A DNA stretch of 64,000 nucleotides from Candidatus Bathyarchaeia archaeon. Lineage in GTDB: Archaea; Thermoproteota; Bathyarchaeia; Bathyarchaeales; Bathycorpusculaceae. Shown here piece by piece: positions 46,725-56,383 of the stretch; positions within the stretch are counted from its first letter, which is position 1; every line of letters begins with the position of its first letter. The translations under genes were made by a program, and so were the position numbers. The DNA lies in the NCBI GenBank assembly GCA_038850545.1, contig JAWCLS010000001.1, positions 4,285 through 68,284 of the forward strand, read 5' to 3'. The notes beneath the pieces were generated by a model that had not been told where the DNA came from, did no database searches, and saw nothing but the letters and a program-made list of their open reading frames with translations.

Positions 46725-47417
46725 TTATTGTTTCGGACTTATTTTTAATGCTCTAAATCCCCTTGCACATGGATTTAGCATTTCCGCGATATTAACCTTT
46801 TTCAGAAATTCGCAGTTGTCTTCTGCGTAGCCTCTGACATCGTGTTCCGCCGCCATAAGAGAGCAAAGGTAAATGCGGTTGTCCATAATTCTCGGCTGAC
46901 ATTTTGAGGGCAAGCCAAGAAGCAGCGAACGTTTTTCTGCTAAGGCTTTATCTGAAGCATATAAAATAGCGTGAGCGCCTGCAGTTAACTCTGCAACCCT
47001 TACTGGGACGCTTTCTTTGCCTATTGCCAAAACCTCAACACCATATTTTTGCGCGATTTCACCAGCAATTTTCCTCAATTTAGGCAAAATTTTTAGAAGA
47101 TGGCTCTTTGCCCTACTGGAAATTTTCATTTTTGAGAATTGAATCGGCGAAAGCTGCTCAAGGGAAACAGCTCCCATGGACATGTCAAGATGTACAACAT
47201 CCGCTTTAACCCTTCTAAGAAGGTTTCTGCAAAGTTCCGCCTCATGCACTATAACATCGTGACCGTTTTCAGCGTTTACGAAAATGGGTTCAGCTAAGCA
47301 CTCGCTTGGTTCTCTGTAAGGAGGAGCAACAAGCACGGCTGCAGCCGCAATGATGGATACCGGCTCAAATTTATCGTTCAAAATTGCGGATGAAGAATCA
47401 GCTGCAATTATCCTCAA
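46725..47417 (-). CDS. conserved archaeal hypothetical protein (possibly DUF4152; RNase-H-like nuclease fold suspected)
   Basis: 230-aa ORF with an N-terminal IIAADSSS strand and a later VVHLDMS acidic motif. The family guess is from memory. Confidence 0.5.
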   Translation of the reverse strand: MRIIAADSSSAILNDKFEPVSIIAAAAVLVAPPYREPSECLAEPIFVNAENGHDVIVHEAELCRNLLRRVKADVVHLDMSMGAVSLEQLSPIQFSKMKISSRAKSHLLKILPKLRKIAGEIAQKYGVEVLAIGKESVPVRVAELTAGAHAILYASDKALAEKRSLLLGLPSKCQPRIMDNRIYLCSLMAAEHDVRGYAEDNCEFLKKVNIAEMLNPCARGFRALKISPKQ

Positions 47418-47464
47418 ATTCCCACCTCCTTTTATTAAGCTTGATAAAGGATTTAGCTCTACCG

Positions 47465-48082
47465 CTATGCCGTAAAAGCTCTTAAGCGTATTCCTAAAAC
47501 AAATATTTCAGAGCTCTTTGCCCTGCTAGCTTTAGGTTTTATCACCTTCACATCTTCGAAGTAATGTTTCACCTTTTTAATGTAATCGTCTAGCATGTCG
47601 CCTTGGAAAACTTTTACAAAAAAGTTCCCGTTGGGCTTAAGGGTTTTTAAAGCTATTTCTAATGCTTTTTGTGCGCAGTCTAGTTGGCGGGCGTGGTCTA
47701 ACTCCCATATTCCGGAAATGTTCGGCGAAACGTCTGAAATTAAAACATCCGCTTTTCTGGGAAGCATTTCTAAAATCTGCTTCATCGTCTCCTGTTCGGC
47801 TACATCGCCTATCATTGTTCTAACGTTATTTTCTGGAAAGGGCTTGATGGGTTTTAAGTCAACCCCTAAAACAAAACCGCCAACTCCAACGATTTTCCTC
47901 GCAGCTTGAGTCCACCCGCCTGGTGCGGCGCCCAAATCAACAACAACGTCGCCTTCTTTAATGAAATGATATTTTTCCACAGCTTGAAGAAGTTTGTAGG
48001 CTGCCCTTGAACGGTATTTCTCTTCTTTTGCTTTTTTATAATAGTAGTCTCTTTTCCTTTCCTGAAGCCAAGCTTTAGGCAA
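47465..48082 (-). CDS. rlmE: 23S rRNA (uridine-2'-O)-methyltransferase RlmE/FtsJ
   Basis: YRSRAAYKLLQ, DLGAAPGGW and DVSPNISG motifs are present. Confidence 0.9.
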   Translation of the reverse strand: MPKAWLQERKRDYYYKKAKEEKYRSRAAYKLLQAVEKYHFIKEGDVVVDLGAAPGGWTQAARKIVGVGGFVLGVDLKPIKPFPENNVRTMIGDVAEQETMKQILEMLPRKADVLISDVSPNISGIWELDHARQLDCAQKALEIALKTLKPNGNFFVKVFQGDMLDDYIKKVKHYFEDVKVIKPKASRAKSSEIFVLGIRLRAFTA

Positions 48083-48084
48083 AA

Positions 48085-48483
48085 CTAGCTGTCACCTAAC
48101 GTCTTATACTCGCTTTCAGCTATGCGTAGAAGCCATTCGGTTAGTTTTTCACAGTTTTGGGGGGTTATGGCGCCTGTTGGGCCGCATCTTTGGCTTTCGG
48201 GGCACATCATGCATGGGCAGTCTAATATAGAGTTTATGGATGCTGGAAGTCTTTTTGGATAAAGCCTATAAGTCCATCTCCCTTCATATAGTTCTTTTTC
48301 TCTGCGTATCAGCCCCCTGCTTTCAAGTTTTAGGGCTATTCTTGAGCCTTCTCTGCTGCTTGCCCCAAGCTTCCGCCACAGCTCAGACTGAAGCAGCCCC
48401 TCATTTCCAGCGTTCATTATTATTTGCAAAGCTTTCTGTTCTAAATCGTTATGTTTTGGCATTTCGACCGTTCCAATTTTCAC
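48085..48483 (-). CDS. winged-helix protein with a C-terminal Cys cluster (TFE-beta / RPC34-like candidate)
   Basis: wHTH LLQSELWRKLGASSREGSRIALKLESRGLIRRE is followed by CPCMMCPESQRCGPTGAITPQNC. Confidence 0.45.
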   Translation of the reverse strand: MKIGTVEMPKHNDLEQKALQIIMNAGNEGLLQSELWRKLGASSREGSRIALKLESRGLIRREKELYEGRWTYRLYPKRLPASINSILDCPCMMCPESQRCGPTGAITPQNCEKLTEWLLRIAESEYKTLGDS

Positions 48484-48547
48484 ACTAATATATAGATGTT
48501 TCCAAGTAAAATATGTTTATCCGAAAGATAAAATAATTTATGTAGAA

Positions 48548-49579
48548 GTGCTGGAGATGAGTCGTGAAAAATCTGGAAAGGGCTACTGCCTTGGAATTGA
48601 AAGCACCGCAGACGACTTTAGTGTTGGAATATCAACCTTTGAAGGGGAAATACTGGCAAACGTTATAAGCGCATACATACCGCCAGAAGGGGGAATACAC
48701 CCGAGGGAGGCGGCGCGGCACCACGCCGAAACTGCAAGTAAAGTTGTAGAAGAGGCTTTTCAAAAAGCTGGAATCAAACCTAAAGACTTGTCCATTGTGG
48801 CGTTTGCCCAAGGCCCTGGACTTGGACCATGTCTCAGAACAGGTGCCACAGTAGCCAGAGCCCTAGCCTCATATCTACGACTTCCGCTTGTCGGAGTCAA
48901 CCACTGTGTGGCACATATTGAAATAGGGAAGCTTAAAACAGGCGCAAAAGACCCTGTTACGCTTTATGTTTCAGGCGGGAACACCATAGTGGCGGCTTTT
49001 GACTCTGGTCGTTATAGGGTTTTCGGCGAAACTTTGGATATCGCACTTGGAAACTGCTTGGACGTTTTTGCAAGGGAAGCTGGACTGCGACATAGGGTGG
49101 GCGAGCCATTTGGTGTTATTGTGGAAAAACTCGCCTTAAAAGGGGAGAAGTTCATTCAGTTACCCTACACTGTTAAGGGCATGGACATGTCCTTCAGCGG
49201 CCTTTTAACAGCCGCAATTAACATGCTGAAAAGAGGGGAGCACAAACTTGAAGACTTATGTTACAGCCTTCAAGAAACAGCCTTTTCCATGGTTACAGAG
49301 GTTACTGAAAGAGCCTTAGCCCACACAGAGAAGAAAGAAGTGCTGCTGACTGGCGGTGTGGCCGCTAACAAAAGGCTTCAAGCAATGATTAAGATTATAG
49401 CTGAAGAGCACGACGCCAAATTCTGCGTTGTACCAAGCGATTTTGCCATAGACAACGGCGCAATGATCGCGTGGACAGGCGTTCTTGCCTTCACTCACGG
49501 CATAGTAACACCAATCGACGAAAGCTTTGTAAAGCTGAGGTGGCGCCTAGACGAGGTTGAAGTCCCATGGGTGAAATAA
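48548..49579 (+). CDS. kae1: tRNA N6-adenosine threonylcarbamoyltransferase Kae1
   Basis: LGIESTADD, HH-type metal site (VNHCVAHIE), YVSGGNT and DNGAMIA are present. Confidence 0.95.
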   Translation: MLEMSREKSGKGYCLGIESTADDFSVGISTFEGEILANVISAYIPPEGGIHPREAARHHAETASKVVEEAFQKAGIKPKDLSIVAFAQGPGLGPCLRTGATVARALASYLRLPLVGVNHCVAHIEIGKLKTGAKDPVTLYVSGGNTIVAAFDSGRYRVFGETLDIALGNCLDVFAREAGLRHRVGEPFGVIVEKLALKGEKFIQLPYTVKGMDMSFSGLLTAAINMLKRGEHKLEDLCYSLQETAFSMVTEVTERALAHTEKKEVLLTGGVAANKRLQAMIKIIAEEHDAKFCVVPSDFAIDNGAMIAWTGVLAFTHGIVTPIDESFVKLRWRLDEVEVPWVK

Positions 49580-50235
49580 GCGAGCAGCTACTGATTAAGA
49601 AAGGAGCAGAAGCCTGTCTATACCTTGTAAACTGGCACGGCAGAAAAGTAGTAATCAAGAAGCGTCTGCCCAAACTCTACAGGCTTCCGGCACTAGACGA
49701 GCAAATCAGAATCTATAGGACAATTCATGAGCCGCAACTCATGCACGAAGCGAAAAAGGCGGGAGTACCCACACCCACAATATTTTTAGTTGATACCCAA
49801 AACGCCGCAATCATAATGGAATTCATTGAAGGAAAACAGGTGAAACAGCTGTTAGGCAAACTTTCTGAAGCTGAAAGGCAAAGCCTATGCGAGAAAATTG
49901 GCGAGTTAATAGGCAAACTTCACAATCATGGGATAATCCACGGCGACCTAACAACATCTAATATGATTCAAAACCCTGAAGGAAAAATATTCTTCGTCGA
50001 CTTTGGACTAGGCGAAAAAACAAAGGAACTCGAAGCCAAGGGGGTAGACCTGCACCTTATGAGAAGAGCCTTACAAAGCACGCACTTTGGATATGCAAAT
50101 GAATGTTTTAATGCTATTATCAGGGGCTACTCAATCGTTTTAGACGCCAAAGCCGTTAAAGATGTTTTAGAAAAAATAAGGGAAATAGAGAGGCGAGGAC
50201 GTTACATCGCCGAGAGAAAAAGCGAAAACGAATAA
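49567..50235 (+). CDS. bud32: KEOPS Bud32 kinase (Kae1-associated RIO-like kinase)
   Basis: IKKGAEA, HGDLTTSNM, FVDFGL. It overlaps kae1 by 13 nt. Confidence 0.9.
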   Translation: MGEISEQLLIKKGAEACLYLVNWHGRKVVIKKRLPKLYRLPALDEQIRIYRTIHEPQLMHEAKKAGVPTPTIFLVDTQNAAIIMEFIEGKQVKQLLGKLSEAERQSLCEKIGELIGKLHNHGIIHGDLTTSNMIQNPEGKIFFVDFGLGEKTKELEAKGVDLHLMRRALQSTHFGYANECFNAIIRGYSIVLDAKAVKDVLEKIREIERRGRYIAERKSENE

Positions 50236-50300
50236 TTATGCTGGAAAAGATTTTAAACATGTGAGCTGAAAGGAGCTTAAAGAAAAATGTGGGACGCTAG

Positions 50301-50897
50301 ATGGATTTTCAACTGAAGGGCAAAGTTGTTTTTTTCGCGACTAACAACATAAACAAGTTTAGGGAAGCCTGCGAGGTTTTAAGCCGCTATAAAATAGCAG
50401 TAGGCATGTTGAGAATTAAGACGGTTGAGATTCAAAGCGACACTTTGGAAGAAATAGCTAAAGCCAGCGCCTTACATGCCTTCGAAAAATGTGACTTGCC
50501 CATAATAGTTGAAGATGCAGGACTATTCATAGATGCTTTAAATGGTTTCCCAGGACCTTATTCCTCCTACGCTTATAAAACCATAGGTAATAGTGGACTG
50601 TTGAAACTGATGGAGAATCTTGAAAACAGAAGCGCAAAATTTCAGTCAGTGGTGGCCTACTATTCAGCGGAGCTTGAGTCTCCGCTATGTTTCAAGGGGG
50701 AAGTCCGTGGAGAAATAACCAGAAAAGTTCGGGAGGGCCACTCTGGTTTTGGATTTGACCCAATTTTTAAGCCAAAGAAAAGCGACAAAACATTTGCTGA
50801 AATGAACATCCTAGAAAAGAACAAGTATTCGCATAGAGCGAAGGCTCTGCGAAAATTCGCCAAATGGTATAAAAATCCGGGCGACAATAATTCTTAA
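50301..50897 (+). CDS. rdgB: non-canonical purine NTP pyrophosphatase (HAM1/RdgB)
   Basis: FATNNINKFRE, FPGPYS, GFGFDPIF and SHR motifs are present. Confidence 0.9.
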   Translation: MDFQLKGKVVFFATNNINKFREACEVLSRYKIAVGMLRIKTVEIQSDTLEEIAKASALHAFEKCDLPIIVEDAGLFIDALNGFPGPYSSYAYKTIGNSGLLKLMENLENRSAKFQSVVAYYSAELESPLCFKGEVRGEITRKVREGHSGFGFDPIFKPKKSDKTFAEMNILEKNKYSHRAKALRKFAKWYKNPGDNNS

Positions 50898-50942
50898 ATA
50901 TCAGTCTAACTTCGCTCATACAGAATTTGAAAGGGTCAGAGC

Positions 50943-51383
50943 ATGCCGAAGCGGGAAAAGGGTAAATCTCATTCAACTAGGCCTGTGAGTAAGCGTCCTC
51001 CAAGCTGGTGCAAATACCAACCAGAGGAAGTTGAGGCTCTGGTCATCAAACTTGCTAAGGAGGGACACCCCCCAAGCCGTATAGGAACCATCCTAAGGGA
51101 TCAGTATGCCATTCCCCTTGTTAAACCTCTAACGGGTAAGACTATAACCAAAATCCTCGAAGACGCTGGGCTTAAAACGGCGGAGCCTGAAGATCTTGAA
51201 AATTTGTTGAAAAAAGCCGCGAGGCTTTCAGTTCATCTTGAAAAGAACAAGAAGGACTTGCATAACAAGAGGGCTTTACAGCTCATTGAAGCGAAAATTC
51301 ACAAGCTTGCAAGGTATTATAAACGCGAAGGCATTTTGCCTCCAAGCTGGAAGTATGAGCCTAAAGCAGCCTCCATAACCTAA
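50943..51383 (+). CDS. rps15: 30S ribosomal protein S15 (uS15/S13e)
   Basis: The N-terminal S13e extension plus the uS15 helix bundle (...LHLEKNKKDLHNKRALQLIEAKIHKLARYY). Confidence 0.9.
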   Translation: MPKREKGKSHSTRPVSKRPPSWCKYQPEEVEALVIKLAKEGHPPSRIGTILRDQYAIPLVKPLTGKTITKILEDAGLKTAEPEDLENLLKKAARLSVHLEKNKKDLHNKRALQLIEAKIHKLARYYKREGILPPSWKYEPKAASIT

Positions 51384-51454
51384 AACCTAACCATCTATTA
51401 TGTTAAGATTACGCGGGAGCTTCACTATTTTTAAATTGAAATTATGCCAACTAC

Positions 51455-52921
51455 TTGTCTGTGAGGGCGATGTCTTTAAACGAAAACCAAACTGCGGAGT
51501 TCTTCAATTCGGTTTCCAAAGCTTCTAAAATAATTCTGGAAACCGTAAAAGAGGACGGCTTTATTGAGTTATATTCTCACCTGGATGCCGACGGAATAGC
51601 TGCAGCGGGAATTATTGGTAAAGCCTTGTATAGACTTGATGCTAGGTTTCGCATTAGAATAACCCAGTGGGTTAACGAGAAACTTGTGGCTGAAATCCTC
51701 CAAGAGAAGCCTCAGATGGTTATTTTTACAGACTTGGGAACTGAATATGCAAGTTTGTTAAGCCAAAAAATCTCAGGGTTAAAAATAGTGGCTTTAGACC
51801 ACCATCAAATAAGCGGAGAACCAACCGAAGGTTTCTTATGCGTTAACCCACACTTCCACGGAATAGATGGTGCAAGGAACATCAGCAGTTCAGGTGTGGC
51901 GTATTTTGTGGCTAAAGCCATGGACGTGGCTAATGCTGATTTGGCTCCAGTAGCAGTTGTAGGCGCCCTTGGCGACTTGCAGGACAAGTACGAACAACGA
52001 ATGCTAGGCGGACTAAACGAAAAGATTGTTGAAGATGCAAAAAACGAGGGCTTATTAACTGTTGAAAAGGACTTGATTTTCTTCGGCAGGGAGACCCGCC
52101 CAATTCACAAAGCATTAGCGTCAACAACAAGCCCATTCATTCCTGGAATAAGCGGCGCTGAAGACAAAAGCCTAGCGCTTCTCGTAAGCCTTGACATCAA
52201 ACCAAAATACGATGATAAATGGAGGGCCTTAAGAGACCTAACAGAAGACGAGAAAAAAAGACTTTGCTCAGCCCTCGCAGATTACCTGCTTTCAAAAGGG
52301 CTACATTATGAAATATCTAACCTCATTGGGCATGTGTATACTTTAAACCGTGAAGAGCCATGGACCCCCCTTAGGGATGGAAGGGAATTTGCACTCTTGC
52401 TTAATGCCGCAGGGCGTATGGATAAGCCGAGCCTCGGCATAGCAGTTTGCATGGGCGACAGGGGTCTAGCTCTAAAAGAGGCAATTAAGGTTCTTGAAGA
52501 TTACAGGCGCACCATTAACAAGTATCTTGGGTGGGTTATGGAAAAGCCTGAGCGCATTAAGGAAATGGAAAACATTTACGTTATTTACGGCGAAGATTTC
52601 ATAGATGACAAGATAATAGGGGCTATTTCATCCATCCTCTTAATGAGCCTTCCAAACCCAGAAAAGCCTTTAATTGCATACACAAGCGTGAAAGAGGAGG
52701 GACTTATGAAAGTTTCCGCAAGAACCACAGATATGTTGGCCCATAAAGGGGTCAATCTTGGAGAAATTATGCAAGTTGCTGCTGAAAAATCCCTTGGAAA
52801 GGGCGGAGGCCATGATGTGGCTGCTGGGGCCCAAATTCCCACGGAAAACATCGATGTTTTCATGAAACTCGTCAATGAACTTGTTGGAAAACAGTTGGCA
52901 GGTGAGAAAATTGGAAGCTGA
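51455..52921 (+). CDS. recJ: DHH/DHHA1 phosphoesterase, archaeal RecJ/Cdc45-like (GAN-type)
   Basis: HLDADGIAA (motif I/II), DHH as LDHHQ and the DHHA1 GGGH (GKGGGHDVAAGA) are present. Alternative start ATG 51470. Confidence 0.8.
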   Translation: MSVRAMSLNENQTAEFFNSVSKASKIILETVKEDGFIELYSHLDADGIAAAGIIGKALYRLDARFRIRITQWVNEKLVAEILQEKPQMVIFTDLGTEYASLLSQKISGLKIVALDHHQISGEPTEGFLCVNPHFHGIDGARNISSSGVAYFVAKAMDVANADLAPVAVVGALGDLQDKYEQRMLGGLNEKIVEDAKNEGLLTVEKDLIFFGRETRPIHKALASTTSPFIPGISGAEDKSLALLVSLDIKPKYDDKWRALRDLTEDEKKRLCSALADYLLSKGLHYEISNLIGHVYTLNREEPWTPLRDGREFALLLNAAGRMDKPSLGIAVCMGDRGLALKEAIKVLEDYRRTINKYLGWVMEKPERIKEMENIYVIYGEDFIDDKIIGAISSILLMSLPNPEKPLIAYTSVKEEGLMKVSARTTDMLAHKGVNLGEIMQVAAEKSLGKGGGHDVAAGAQIPTENIDVFMKLVNELVGKQLAGEKIGS

Positions 52922-53159
52922 AATAGTCATTTATTACGATGATGCTGAAACTGCAAAGGCGGTTGCAGAGGCAGTTTCACTAGACAACCTCAAGGTGCCC
53001 TCTGGTTTATCCATCAAAACTTTGAGAAGGGAAAATGAGGTTTCAACGTTTATAAAGTGCGGAAAGAAGCTTCCAACGTTTATAGCCACAATTGACGACT
53101 TGCTATTCTCCATCTCGACAGCAGAGAAAACATTGAAAACCATAAAGAAAACATTATAG
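52911..53159 (+). CDS. pcc1: KEOPS subunit Pcc1
   Basis: LEAEIVIYYDDAETAKAVAEAVSLDN... is the Pcc1/CTAG pattern. TTG at 52911 lies behind GGTGAG. It overlaps the recJ-like 3' end. Confidence 0.7.
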   Translation: MEAEIVIYYDDAETAKAVAEAVSLDNLKVPSGLSIKTLRRENEVSTFIKCGKKLPTFIATIDDLLFSISTAEKTLKTIKKTL

Positions 53160-53237
53160 CCGCCTTTATTCATGATAAGGTTAAATATTCGGGTTTAAGC
53201 TGGTAAGGGCTGCGAGAAACAAAAACACGCAAAATGT

Positions 53238-54542
53238 GTGGCGAGAATGCTTGACATAAAATTAATCCGCGAAAACCCCGACCTTGTTAGGAAGAACCTT
53301 GAGAGAAGAGGCAGCCCTGAATATTTAGAGATGTTAGATGCGCTGCTGGAATGCGACGGGAAGTGGCGGCGGAACCTGACAGAGCTAAACGAGCTTCGCC
53401 GAGAAAGAAACAGAATGACAGCAGAAATTGCGGCGGCAAAAAGGAAAGGGCTAGACGTTACAGCCATTGTTTTAAAGGCAAAAACAATAGATGAAAAAAT
53501 CACGGGGCTGGAGAGACAGGTAAGCGAATATGTAGAAAAAGTGCGCTACTACCTCATGAGGCTCCCAAACCTCTTGCATGACTCGGTTCCAATAGGTAAA
53601 GATGAACTTGACAACGTGACTCTGAGAACCTGGGGAACACCACCAAAATTCAGTTTTCCACCTAAGGATCATATAGATTTGGGGTTAAGCCTAGACATAA
53701 TGGACGTTGAGAGAGCCGGGAAAATTGCGGGTGCAAGGTTCTTTTACCTAAAAAGGGAAGGCGTATTGCTTGACATGGCCCTGATTAACTTTGCATTGGA
53801 GGAGATGGTTAAAAAGGGCTACACGCCCGTAGAACCACCTTTCCTAATGAGGCGCAAACCCTACGAGGGCGTTGTAGCCCTAAGCGATTTTGAGGACATG
53901 CTTTACAAAATCGAGAATGAAGACTTATACCTAATCGCCACCTCAGAGCATCCCATGGCAGCCATGTTCATGGACGAAGTTTTAAATGCTGAAGATCTTC
54001 CCATAAAGTTCGTTGGAATAAGCACCAACTTTAGGAAAGAGGCTGGAGCCCACGGCAAAGACACTAGGGGAATTTTCCGCACCCACCAGTTTAACAAGGT
54101 TGAACAGTTCGTCTTCTGCAAACCAGAGGATTCATGGGAAATTCATGAAGAGCTTATAAGAAACGCTGAGGAACTTTTCCAGAAACTCGGCTTAGCATAC
54201 CGTGTCGTAAACATATGTACTGGCGAAATTGGAACTGTTGCCGCCAAAAAATACGATATAGAAGTCTGGATGCCTGCTCAAGGAATTTACAGAGAAGTGG
54301 TCTCATGTAGCAACTGTACAGACTATCAGGCGAGAAGGCTGAACATAAGATACAGGGAGAAAAAAGGCGAGCCTCCGAAGGGTTTTGTGCACACACTGAA
54401 CTCCACAGCCCTAGCCACTGGAAGAACAATGGTTGCAATACTCGAAAACTACCAGCAAGAAGACGGCTCGGTGATAATACCGGAGGTTTTAAGGAAATAT
54501 ATGGGCGGTATAGAAAAGATAGAACCAAAAAGTAAAGCTTAA
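53238..54542 (+). CDS. serS: serine--tRNA ligase
   Basis: MLDIKLIRENPD, class-II motifs (FRKEAG, TSE, GxGxGxxR-like ATGRT). The likely start is ATG 53247. Confidence 0.95.
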   Translation: MARMLDIKLIRENPDLVRKNLERRGSPEYLEMLDALLECDGKWRRNLTELNELRRERNRMTAEIAAAKRKGLDVTAIVLKAKTIDEKITGLERQVSEYVEKVRYYLMRLPNLLHDSVPIGKDELDNVTLRTWGTPPKFSFPPKDHIDLGLSLDIMDVERAGKIAGARFFYLKREGVLLDMALINFALEEMVKKGYTPVEPPFLMRRKPYEGVVALSDFEDMLYKIENEDLYLIATSEHPMAAMFMDEVLNAEDLPIKFVGISTNFRKEAGAHGKDTRGIFRTHQFNKVEQFVFCKPEDSWEIHEELIRNAEELFQKLGLAYRVVNICTGEIGTVAAKKYDIEVWMPAQGIYREVVSCSNCTDYQARRLNIRYREKKGEPPKGFVHTLNSTALATGRTMVAILENYQQEDGSVIIPEVLRKYMGGIEKIEPKSKA

Positions 54543-54587
54543 TATTCTATTAATGAAACTTTTCTCCGCTGTTAAACGAGGGATGCA

Positions 54588-55190
54588 ATGTCGACGAAAA
54601 AGGTAAGGGATAAATGGCGCAGTAAAGTGTGGTATACAGTGTTGGCTCCGCCGTACTTCGGAAATGCGGAGTTAGGAGCGGTTCCTGCAGACGAGCAGGA
54701 AAAGCTAATAGGCAGAGTGATTGAGACGACACTTTATGATATTACAGGCGACTTTACTCATCAATATTTGAAGATATATTTCCAAATAACTCATGTAGAT
54801 GGAAAAACGGCGCACACCATGTTTAAGGGACACGAGTATTCAAGGGACTATTTGAGAAGTCTCGTGCGCCGAAGGACAACCAAAGTTGACGGCATATTTG
54901 ACGTTTCAACAAAGGATGGATACAAGTTTCGGGTATCCATTTGTGCATTCACCCTTTCAAGAATTGAAACTTCAAAGGAAAGAGCCATACGTAAGGTTAT
55001 GGCAAAAATCATTAAGCTGAAAAGCGCGGCTTTAACTATGGACCAGTTTGTTCAGGAAATGGTTTTGGGGAAAATAGCTTCAGACATCTATAATGAAGCT
55101 AAAAAGGTGGTTCCCCTACGCCACGTGGGCGTTAGAAAATCAAAACTTCTGACACAAATAACCCAATTGCAGCTCCAAAAAGCAAGTTAA
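54588..55190 (+). CDS. rps3ae: 30S ribosomal protein S3Ae (eS1)
   Basis: KDKWRSKVWYTVLAPPYFG is the eS1 signature. Confidence 0.9.
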   Translation: MSTKKVRDKWRSKVWYTVLAPPYFGNAELGAVPADEQEKLIGRVIETTLYDITGDFTHQYLKIYFQITHVDGKTAHTMFKGHEYSRDYLRSLVRRRTTKVDGIFDVSTKDGYKFRVSICAFTLSRIETSKERAIRKVMAKIIKLKSAALTMDQFVQEMVLGKIASDIYNEAKKVVPLRHVGVRKSKLLTQITQLQLQKAS

Positions 55191-55278
55191 AACTATTTCC
55201 CCGCAATACTTTTAGCATACCAATAGTTCAGATACCTAAAAATTGTTTCCCTTAACATAAAATCGAGAAGACAGTAAA

Positions 55279-56340
55279 ATGTGCATATTGAAGGGAGATA
55301 ATTTGGGAGAGGTTAAAGTTGTTTTATATGGTGTTGGTGCTGTCGGTGGGTTGATAGCTAGGTTTCTATTGGAAAGGCAAGGTGTGAAAATAGTGGGTGC
55401 AATTGATGTTGCTGAGGATAAAGTTGGCAAAGATTTAGGCGATGTTCTAGGCTTAGATAGGAAGCTTAGAGTAACAGTTTCTAAAGACGCTGACTCCTTA
55501 TTTTCAAGAGTCAAAGCAGACATCGCCATCCATGCAACAGCATCATACCTAAAAGAAACATTTCCACAAATAGCCCAGCTCATAAAAAACCGCGTAAACG
55601 TCATATCCACATGTGAAGAACTTGCATACCCATATTATTCAGAGCCGAAACTTGCGGAAAAACTCGATGCCCTTGCTAAAAATTATGATGTAACAGTTTT
55701 AGGGACAGGAATAAACCCTGGCTTTTTAATGGACACCCTTGTTATAACTCTCACAGCGGTCTGTCAGAAAATAGAGAAGATTGAAGCAGTTAGGGTGATT
55801 AACGCGGCAAAAAGGCGGTTGTCCTTCCAGAGGAAAATAGGCGCTGGCTTAACAGTTGAAGAGTTTAAACAAAAAGTAGCGAACAAGCAGGTCACAGGGC
55901 ATGTGGGGCTTGAGCAGTCTATTGCAATGATTGCTGACGCCTTATCGTGGAAACTTGACGAGATAAAAACTGTACCTGTCGAACCAGTAATAGCTAAAGA
56001 ACCAGTGAAAAGTAATGCTGTAAGAGTTAAAGCTGGGAAAGTGGCTGGACTAAAACAGACGGCAAGAGGCTTCATCAAAGATAAAGCGGTTATTGTTCTC
56101 AATTTCCAAGCGTACATAGGTGCAAGAGAAGAATATGACGCTATAACCATCAAGGGTGTTCCTACGATAAAACAGAAGATTCAGCCATGTGTACCCGGAG
56201 ATGCGGGCACCGTGGCAATCGTAACCAACTCAATTCCTAAAGTGCTCAACGCACCGGCAGGCTTGTTCACCATGAAGGATTTGCCTGTTCCATCAGCCGT
56301 GCTCGGAGACTTAAGCAAAAAAGTTTCGTTTAAAAGCTAG
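55279..56340 (+). CDS. DapB-N-like NAD(P)-binding oxidoreductase (COG3804; 2,4-diaminopentanoate dehydrogenase / amine dehydrogenase family)
   Basis: VVLYGVGAVGGLIARFLLERQGVKIVGAIDV Rossmann motif. Alternative TTG start at 55303 behind GGGAG. Confidence 0.65.
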   Translation: MCILKGDNLGEVKVVLYGVGAVGGLIARFLLERQGVKIVGAIDVAEDKVGKDLGDVLGLDRKLRVTVSKDADSLFSRVKADIAIHATASYLKETFPQIAQLIKNRVNVISTCEELAYPYYSEPKLAEKLDALAKNYDVTVLGTGINPGFLMDTLVITLTAVCQKIEKIEAVRVINAAKRRLSFQRKIGAGLTVEEFKQKVANKQVTGHVGLEQSIAMIADALSWKLDEIKTVPVEPVIAKEPVKSNAVRVKAGKVAGLKQTARGFIKDKAVIVLNFQAYIGAREEYDAITIKGVPTIKQKIQPCVPGDAGTVAIVTNSIPKVLNAPAGLFTMKDLPVPSAVLGDLSKKVSFKS

Positions 56341-56383
56341 CCTATTAAAGCAAACATTAAACTATCTGCAATCCAACTAAAAT

